In this document: positions 62,718 to 64,000 of the stretch, one piece after another
Layout of the letters: the number at the start of each line of letters is the position of its first letter
How positions within the stretch are numbered: position 1 is the stretch's first letter
Origin: Candidatus Xenobia bacterium
GTDB lineage: Bacteria > Vulcanimicrobiota > Xenobia > Xenobiales > QWHO01
Assembly (NCBI GenBank): GCA_045863235.1
Contig: BTUM01000002.1
Coordinates: 32,001 to 96,000, forward strand
Length of the DNA stretch: 64,000 nt
Reading direction: 5' to 3'
Position numbers and translations under genes: made by a program
The notes under the pieces: generated by a model
The model's database searches: none
Seen by the model: the letters and a program-made list of their open reading frames with translations, nothing else
What the model was told of the DNA's origin: nothing

Positions 62718-63293
62718 GTGAGATGGCGTGCGGTTCTGGCCAGCTCCTCGAGCGCGCTGACGCTGCTGGCGGTAGCGGTGTTGGGCACCCACGAGATGGC
62801 CTTCGAGCATTTTTGGGCCGATCCCCTGCGAGCCCATCGCTCGGTCGGCCTCACTGCAGCCATGAGCCTGTTGACCATGCTGGGAGACAATCGCCTGCTG
62901 GCCTTGCTGGTGATGCTGGTCTCGCTGCGCCTGGCGGATCGGTGGGACAAACGGGCCCTGGTGGCCGTCTACCTGCTCAATCTGGTCGGCAATACTTTGC
63001 TGAAAGCCCTCTTTCGGCGAGAACGGCCCGACGTCGCCTTCGATCCGCTGGTGCAGGAGCCGTTCTACAGCTTCCCCTCCGGCCATACCATGGCCGCCGC
63101 CGCCGTCTACGGATTTCTGGCCTCCCTGCTCCTGCGCCACGGCCATCCCCGGCTGGCGGCCCTGACACTGCTTCCCATCCCGCTGGTAGGGATCTCCCGC
63201 GTCTACCTGGGGGCTCACTACCCAACCGACGTGGTGGGAGGCATTCTGGCAGGCATCGTCGTAATCGCGCTGGTCTATTCGACCAGGAAGTGA
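62718..63293 (+). CDS. PAP2 family membrane phosphatase
   Basis: K..F.RERP, SFPSGH, SRVYLGAHYPTDV. Confidence 0.92.
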   Translation: MRWRAVLASSSSALTLLAVAVLGTHEMAFEHFWADPLRAHRSVGLTAAMSLLTMLGDNRLLALLVMLVSLRLADRWDKRALVAVYLLNLVGNTLLKALFRRERPDVAFDPLVQEPFYSFPSGHTMAAAAVYGFLASLLLRHGHPRLAALTLLPIPLVGISRVYLGAHYPTDVVGGILAGIVVIALVYSTRK

Positions 63294-63302
63294 GGGGCGG
63301 CC

Positions 63303-64000
63303 ATGGCCATCGTCACAGGTCTCTCGGGCAACGAGATCTACTGCATGCACCTGAAGGGCTACCAGCCGGGGGATCTCGTGATCGGCAACAGCGTCTTCAG
63401 CATGGGCCTCGTAGGCAGCGTGGGCTCGGCGATGCGCACCCTGGCGGGCGGCGAGGTGACCCAGGTCACCAGCGTGATTCGCGACGGGCGCACCATGGCC
63501 CTCGAGCGCATGATGAAGGAGGCCCGCCAGCGAGGAGGGGCCGGTATCACCAGCGTGACCAGCGAGCTGGTGCAGCACTCGGGCATGATCGAGTTCTTGT
63601 CGGTGGGCAGCACCGTTCGCAAGGAAGCCGGCGGCCAGCAGGCCGAGCTCGAGTTCTCCACCTCGGCCGACGGACAGGAGCTCTACTGTCAGCTCGACTG
63701 CGGCTTTCACCCCCTGCGTTTCGTGTTCGGCAACGTGGCTTACTCGGTCGGCATCGGCGGCGGGCTGGCAGGAATGTTCAAGAGCCTGGTGCGGGGCGAG
63801 GTCACCCAGTACTCCGACGTCTTCAACCGGACCCGCCGCCTGGCTCTCGAGCGCATCGCCCACGAGGCCCATGAAGCCGGAGGGAACGCTGTGGTGGGCA
63901 TCCGCACCTCCATCATCAACTTCGCCGGCACCCAGGAGATGATGATGATCGGCACCGCCTCGCGTCACGATCTGCTGCCTCCTCAGTACGACCAGAACCC
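63303..64000 (+). CDS. Tandem YbjQ/UPF0145 (heavy-metal-binding-like) domain protein, partial
   Basis: MAIVTGLSGNEIYC..., repeated GEVTQ......R..ALER...EA...G...; runs off the window end. Confidence 0.75.
   Translation, partial: MAIVTGLSGNEIYCMHLKGYQPGDLVIGNSVFSMGLVGSVGSAMRTLAGGEVTQVTSVIRDGRTMALERMMKEARQRGGAGITSVTSELVQHSGMIEFLSVGSTVRKEAGGQQAELEFSTSADGQELYCQLDCGFHPLRFVFGNVAYSVGIGGGLAGMFKSLVRGEVTQYSDVFNRTRRLALERIAHEAHEAGGNAVVGIRTSIINFAGTQEMMMIGTASRHDLLPPQYDQN

Overview
GC-rich bacterial chromosomal window with about 55 densely packed CDSs. I recognised no rRNA, tRNA, CRISPR array, integrase or transposase. Housekeeping genes: rplY-pth, mfd, a stand-alone ftsZ, maf-mreBCD-mrdA, a parC-parE-like topoisomerase pair, gloA, ligD, a 5'-3' exonuclease, an RNase II-family enzyme and ABC transporters. 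These are interspersed with c-di-GMP proteins (three GGDEF, one PilZ, one HD-GYP) and many lineage-specific hypothetical proteins. The GspG-like 'TACKSN.KNIGTALEM' domain suggests Candidatus Eremiobacterota/Xenobia (inference from recall, not a search). Most notable: (1) a 973-aa macrodomain + degenerate (YD) HD-GYP fusion downstream of a GAF-degenerate GGDEF gene; (2) an 11-bp-period TTTCAG direct-repeat promoter motif upstream of five scattered genes, several encoding proteins with disordered, signal-less N-termini; (3) an MreB whose catalytic Glu is replaced by Gln; (4) probable ATC and CTG start codons and several apparently leaderless genes; (5) a secretin N-terminal module with no secretin pore; (6) a paired REP-like hairpin element.
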